Below, in pieces: positions 60,901 through 64,000 of a stretch of DNA of 64,000 nucleotides. Position 1 is the stretch's first letter. Each line of letters opens with the position of its first letter. The DNA comes from Antedon mediterranea. Its lineage: Eukaryota > Animalia > Echinodermata. Below the pieces are notes generated by a model. It made no database searches. It was not told where the DNA came from and saw nothing but the letters and a program-made list of their open reading frames with translations. The DNA lies in assembly GCF_964355755.1 (NCBI RefSeq), contig NC_092675.1:17704912-17768911 (forward strand), read 5' to 3'. A program made the position numbers and the translations under genes.

Positions 60901-63479
60901 ATGTATATAATACAGTTCCACAAACAACTTCAAAACAACCTACTACTTCTAATTCCTAATATGTTTACCAACCATAAAAACAGTACCATACAAAACATTA
61001 AAATTATAAAAAGTAAGGAAAATAATAGAGGGCAGCAGACTAATTTGAGGCCTGGATATTTCTGAGTTTATTAATTTTGAAAATAAGTAGAACAGCAATA
61101 GACTTACTTAAGTGCTGGATGAATAGCAATACCTCTTGGTTTCACAATCCCATTACCAGCTATCACATTCATTCTGTCACCTGACAAAGAACTGCAAGCT
61201 ACCCACACTTTCCTATATAAACACAATAACAATTGAATTTAAAGCTCAGGCATGAATTTTAGACATAATATCTGGTTAATTGTAATAAATCAAATATTTG
61301 TAATAGAAATCAAGACGAAAAAACATGAATTTCCCTTTAAAATGGTCAAATACAAAATGTGGCAAAATTCTGCTATAAAACTAGGAAGACTTTTTTTCAG
61401 TAGTTAGGTAGTTTAACCTAATTATAATAACAGGTCTGGTGACTCCCGAGAAGGTGAAAAAAGATGGTGGATGGATAATTTTTGTTATAGCATAAAAAAA
61501 AAACTCTAAAGTTGAATGAAAATACTAGAAACGTAAAATTCAAGTTATATTACCTATATTTAATCATCTCTGATAACATTTTTTACCACACCGTTTAATT
61601 TTCTTAGTTTTTAAAAAATGCCTCTCTATTTACAACATTTGTGTACAAAAGAATAGAGATTTTTCTGTGTAATTTGAACTATGCCCCCACTGATAAGAAA
61701 GTGCTTATTTCAAGAAGCCCATGTAACACAAATAAAATCCCAAAAATTATGAAAGACAGGGGAAGCTATAGATCAATAATTATTGGAATGTATGATCAAT
61801 TGAAATTGTTTGCCCGCACCTGGCCTTTAAATTTCACAGTCAATCACACAATAAAACCAATCTGAATTAAAATAAGAAACAATATTCCTGCCAGTGGTTT
61901 TGATTCTTTTCATCACATATTTTTTTTAGTTGAATACACACATGATTACTAACACTTTCTGTCTTTAGCTGTCTTAACACAGATTATGAAAGTGAATTCA
62001 TTTTATCCCGGAAAAGGCCGGTGGACAATCTTCATGTTAAATAAAATCCACATGAAAATAAAAAAACAAGTGAAGCAAGCACTTGCATTTAAGACAGCCA
62101 TTTGGATATCTTAGTTATAAAGTAATAAAACTGCAATCTACCCAGAATCTGTCCAACACAATTTGCGATGCATCCAATCAATGGCCAGTCCTTCTACAAC
62201 TTCAATGTCTCTCTCTACAATAACCTGACGATCTGTACCATCAAGTTTTACTCTCTCTATTCTTTTCATTGATGTATCAGCAAAGAATATCGTATCATCT
62301 CCCGGATTGTAGTCTAATGATAAGACATTGATATTGCTGTCGTTGATGATAGTTTTAAAATTGCGACCGTTGAAGTCAACACGGTGAATACTATTGGTGT
62401 TAGAGTAGATGATGTACGGACTGGTCACTGTAGAGCTTGAAAATTCTGTATCACAACTCAAGTTTAATGTACAATTGTATCCAGCTGTAAAAATATTGTT
62501 ATGGTTGATAAAAATTAAAGGTTACCTCTACCATATCTAAAAAGAAATCATGATGGTGGTTTGTTGGGTTACTCTAGCTTTTGGGGCAGGATTCCTGGAA
62601 TGTACCATTGCCTGATAGATGTGTTCAATGAATTGTTATGTATTAGAATTGTAGTGCTCTTCTTGGAGAAACACAGGCCACTGTTGGTCTATCCAGGTAA
62701 GCTAGGCATGAAATAGACGTGAAAATTATTGAAGATGAATTTTTTATACAATAACAACAAACCTAGAGGGTCTGAGAATGGTTGCTGAAGACGATGCATG
62801 ACTTGCAAACAGACTGGATTGACCGTTATTTCAGTTACACTGAGATAAACATGGACACGTTGACCCGTGTACTTATCAGCACGTTGAATATGAGATGTAT
62901 CGTGTTCTGTCCAAAATATCTGATCTGCAACAACTGCCAGGGAAATTGGCTCATTACTGTGAAAACATATAGTTTAATTTAAAGTATGAAAAAAAAGAAA
63001 CATGAAAAATGAAGATCAGTAAAATCATAATTTGAATAGGCCATTTTGCAATTTAAAAAAACTTATTCATTCATTCATAAACATTTATATCTATTAATGG
63101 TGCATAGAAAATAACAATAACAAATTAAATAAAGAAGAAATATACCATTAATTCACTTTCAATGTGACATAAAAATGGAATATTCAACAAAACAATTTTT
63201 TTCAGAGGGACAAAATATTTTTAAAAGTTAAAAAAAATATGAAATAATCACACATACTTTAAGCCATTTGCAACAGTTCGTCGACTTGAACCATCTAAAT
63301 TTGCTGATTCAATCTTCCGTGTTGTGTTGTCCATCCAGTACAATGTCTTATCCACTACATCAATAGCCATGCTAACTGGACGTAGGAGGTCACCCTCAAC
63401 TATGACCCTTGGGTTCGATCCATCAAGTGTAGCTGACTGGATACGTGGTTTATCACCCCATTCAATCCAATAGATGCTC
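30957..63479 (-). CDS. Pro-epidermal growth factor-like type I membrane protein (YWTD propellers, EGF repeats, ErbB-type EGF, TM); 5' end lies beyond the window
   Basis: Exons 63479-63258, 62956-62763, 62484-62142, 61212-61108, 57149-56995, 56438-56196 (YWTD repeats: IYWIEW, LYWMD, IFWTE, IFFAD, LCWTD, VYWTDW, VWFTD); 49928-49800, 49250-49134, 48485-48354, 46975-46847, 43799-43668 (EGF/cbEGF); 41315-40964 (S/T stalk + EGF Cys1-4); 33834-33667 (EGF Cys5-6 + TM); 32557-32407 and 31418-30957 (tail). All phases join in frame, ~1010 aa visible. Confidence 0.88.
32848..33051. mobile_element. Two internally deleted family-A MITEs (32848-32913, 32990-33051)
   Basis: Both retain the gctc..tctacac(t/a)atcaaac left end and the gtagacaga(g/a)c right end. 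Confidence 0.65.
34999..35915. mobile_element. Non-autonomous element with asymmetric inverted repeats (possibly Crypton-derived)
   Basis: atattacatagcc (34999) / ggctatgtaatat (~35711) inverted pair, then an acagatatcgcc...ggcaatatctgt foldback with ccctcggg motifs. CpG-rich relative to flanks; superfamily assignment is an inference. Confidence 0.4.
40141..40935. repeat. 61-bp minisatellite, 13 near-identical copies
   Basis: Unit aatgaatgatcatcatccaacgagcatagtcctacagttcaatgtaattcaaggtaattaa; no spacers. Confidence 0.97.
44369..45025. repeat. G-rich minisatellite of 54-bp and 51-bp units, about 12 copies
   Basis: Shared core gatggggttgaggtgtcagccttaacc followed by agggacaaagaagaggggtgt (54-bp unit) or tggggtaatgaaaggtgt (51-bp unit). 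Confidence 0.95.
47575..48106. mobile_element. Family-A MITE carrying an internal 31-bp minisatellite
   Basis: TIRs gctctgtatacactatcaaa / tttgatagtgtatacagagc enclose the array at 47624-47941. Confidence 0.8.
47624..47941. repeat. 31-bp minisatellite, about 10 perfect copies
   Basis: Unit tacaaataatgaatgtttatgagtgtaatgg. Confidence 0.95.
48685..48985 (-). mobile_element. tRNA-derived SINE with Nin-like central domain
   Basis: Minus-strand head agtggccgagcggttaagac (A box) ... ggttcgaggctc (B box); central ccctactc..ggttctttaaagtgcac..ggacctacggtttatagtccttatccgagaagac. Confidence 0.8.
50064..51325. repeat. 45/48-bp minisatellite with variable (AAT)n, about 28 copies
   Basis: Unit tataataataataatatctgagtgtaatgggtgggttgagtcttg. 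Confidence 0.97.
55301..55445. mobile_element. Harbinger/Tourist-like MITE (family A)
   Basis: Perfect TIR gctctgtctacactatcaaa / tttgatagtgtagacagagc. Confidence 0.85.
56681..56948. mobile_element. Harbinger-like MITE (family D)
   Basis: TIR AGCCTGGTTTCCAT / ATGGAAACCAGGCT flanked by TAA/TTA; internal palindrome atcggcaaagttgaacatggttgaactttgccgat. Confidence 0.8.
57148..57466. repeat. 41-bp minisatellite (7 full copies + 1 deleted copy) containing the exon's splice acceptor
   Basis: Unit g(g/a)cttcaaacagaacaataagatatatagttaattccaaaa at 57148, 57189, 57230, 57271, 57312, 57353, 57394, 57435. Confidence 0.95.
57995..58130. mobile_element. Family-A MITE, degenerate
   Basis: gttctgactacattatcaaac...tttgatagtgtagagc with the family-A internal sequence. 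Confidence 0.65.
61243..61826. mobile_element. Kolobok-like non-autonomous DNA transposon (family B)
   Basis: TTAA flanks, ends gcccgcacctggcct; homologous to 19679-20258. Confidence 0.75.
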
Positions 63480-64000
63480 CTAAAAATAATCATAAACTAA
63501 GAATAATAAAAGCAGAAGTGGTCATAACTTTTTATTCATATCTATAAAATGATTATGGAAATTACTATTCAGCAAAATGAAGATTGGCAGGCAAGAAGGG
63601 AACAAAACAAATGACAAAATGACAAGAACCGCTACAAAAAACATACAAAGATGTAGATGGAGAGTTGATGACCTCACAACATGTACACAGGAATTACAAG
63701 GACAGTAAAGAACAGCCAAGAACAGAAATGATTCTGAGTTCTAAAAGAAAGGATGAGGAAATCATGAAAGAATGGTGTCAGATATATTATAACATGCAGA
63801 TATTATGTATGGTGCCCTCTACAGTTGACAAACCTTAGGTGTCACTAATTCAACCTAGAGGCCATTAAAGGAACATCAGAGTAAGAATTAGGAAGGTCAA
63901 AGAGTAAGTTGTTATGTGAAGTAGTAGGTTATATAAACAAAGTTAATTCTTAGTGGAAATTGAAAATATCATTGGAAATGACAATGATGACAAGTGTATA

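Noticed and set aside
30957-63479. Annotation as LRP4/5/6 or LDL receptor
   Set aside because: No LDL-A repeats in view, no PPPSP or canonical NPxY (only NPNTY), and the juxtamembrane EGF is ErbB-ligand type; the unseen 5' part leaves some doubt.

Overview
AT-rich, intron-containing animal genomic DNA, most likely a marine invertebrate (invertebrate deuterostome is an inference from protein and intron conservation). Spliced genes were rebuilt by hand with consistent GT-AG phases. In order: the last coding exon and 3'UTR of an hnRNP D/AB-like gene (+); RNF181 (-); BLOC1S2 (+); NCOA4 (+); a C2orf68/UPF0561 homolog (+); PCNA (-); a candidate two-TM microprotein head-to-head with PCNA (+); and the 3' ~1010 codons of a large pro-EGF-like type I membrane protein (-). 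That last gene has YWTD propellers, 5 EGF modules, an ErbB-ligand-type juxtamembrane EGF, a TM helix and a Tyr-rich tail. Introns hold many MITEs (Harbinger-like, Kolobok-like), tRNA/Nin-domain SINEs and several minisatellites; a Helitron-like element lies between genes. Most notable: the invertebrate pro-EGF-like ligand with possible alternative exons in its EGF-splitting intron, a coding exon enclosed by an ~85-bp inverted repeat, an NCOA4 with multiplied ferritin-binding-like motifs, and a possible hnRNP 3'UTR poison exon. No CRISPR array, rRNA or true tRNA gene was seen.
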